A DNA stretch of 64,000 nucleotides from Chlorokybus atmophyticus (lineage: Eukaryota; Plantae; Mesostigma and Chlorokybus algae): NCBI GenBank assembly GCA_009103225.1, contig RHPI01000671.1, positions 260,838-324,837 of the forward strand, given 5' to 3'. Below, piece by piece: positions 63,101 through 64,000 of this stretch. A model generated the notes under the pieces. That model was given only the letters and a program-made list of their open reading frames with translations, was not told the origin of the DNA and ran no database searches. Position numbers and translations under genes: made by a program. The first letter of the stretch is position 1, and each line of letters opens with the position of its first letter.

Positions 63101-64000
63101 GTGTCTTCGTTGACAGCGCCACACAAGATATCTCCTCCCTTAGCGTCCACATTTCATGACCACATGCCCATCCGCCTGCCGGTCATGATGATGGCGGCAG
63201 CTGCGGATCCTGCATACGAGCCTCTGCGGCTCAGCAACCTGCCTCATCAGAGCCAAGAACAACAGCAGCAACAACCCCTCACCCCCTCACCCCATGCGAT
63301 TGTGCCTCCAGTGTCCAGTGGTGGCTCCGCGTTCAGTGAAACGCCCCGTATGCTGGTTGGTCCCTTAGACTACAAAGGTGCGTGGACGCGATACCCGGTT
63401 GACTGTGCTCCGTAATTGCATGTTGCTCAAAATTCTCAACAGTCTCTTGCACACCGGCAGAGCCCACAAGCGCGACAGAGGCTGATGATGACACGCATGA
63501 CTTCCCTTTTGTGGTGGACACTGACAGCCACGACGGCAGCCAGCCCGCGACTCCAGGACAGGTAAGTTACTTATGCACACCTACATTTTTGTCCAACCTT
63601 TATTTCTTACCAGTGCGAGTCCATCTGTAGTTGTTGTGTACGCATACAATGCTGCAGGTCAGAACTTTTGTTACATAACGCTTGTAAACAGGTAACTACA
63701 CAACAGCGAAAGCACTGATGTGGTACAGGCGTATCATCACGTTTGCATGGTTGCAGGAGGACTCGTGCACCGTTTCTGCAGACACGGCAATGGGCTCGCT
63801 GGTGCGTATGTTCAAGGCGGCCCCTCCACTACGCCCATCGCCAACAGAGTCTCACGACTCAACAGATGCTCAGCAGTCAATGCGGCAGCCATTGCAGCAT
63901 CAGCAGCTGCCACAACTATTGCTACAGCAACCAATGCAAGAGCCGCTCCGGCTCGGTGCCGTGCTGGACTCGTTGCATAAATTCAGAGCCATAAGCGCAT
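60102..64000 (+). CDS. ATG13: Autophagy protein ATG13 (HORMA domain plus disordered tail), 3'-partial
   Basis: Reads FDQICAEFVSKSAHVIVHSR|..SNRWFNL..LVLDILL..LLERWVIQ..VVYKRTIIMLRTLYALTRTLPAHRLFR..FAFSPVDTPAGRLCLSVTYR..VITDYIGSPSPDPMR, then DDDTHDFPFVVD and DTAMGSLVRMFKAAPPLR. These match plant ATG13 motifs. The frame is still open at the window end. Confidence 0.93.

Overview
Eukaryotic nuclear DNA from a compact, intron-rich green alga. Plant-type TOC64, FBN9, ARL5/ARFC1, ATG13 and PDF1-like genes plus telo-boxes suggest an early-diverging streptophyte such as Chlorokybus; this is an inference and was not verified. I spliced about 16 genes by hand. In order they are: a partial extensin/PDF1-like wall protein, TOC64/OM64 amidase-TPR, endosulfine, RPL41 (missed by the ORF track), BTB-BACK-MATH, ATX1 copper chaperone, HMG-CoA lyase, a membrane-anchored alpha/beta hydrolase, NAC-alpha, a TM+GRAM protein, an acylated WD40 protein, aminoacylase-1, fibrillin FBN9, a large Calx-beta/voltage-sensor membrane protein, ARL5 and ATG13 (runs off the end). 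Two repeat-rich accessory zones lie at about 10.4-13.7 kb and 28-40 kb. The second holds a decayed ~7 kb direct-repeat-bounded element with a zinc knuckle and long unrecognised reading frames. The best novelty candidate is the minus-strand gene at ~50.1-56.5 kb. It joins a Calx-beta domain to a voltage-sensor/TM/ectodomain/TM module resembling protist ion-channel adenylyl cyclases, but a large unrecognised helical domain sits where the cyclase should be. Other highlights are a TOC64 with an intact amidase catalytic triad, a cluster of CGTAC copper-response elements upstream of ATX1, a miRNA-like hairpin, a probable GC-AG intron, and a sharply bounded domain of RY-microsatellite-rich introns. 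No tRNA, rRNA or CRISPR array was recognised. All family assignments are by eye from remembered motifs; no searches were run.
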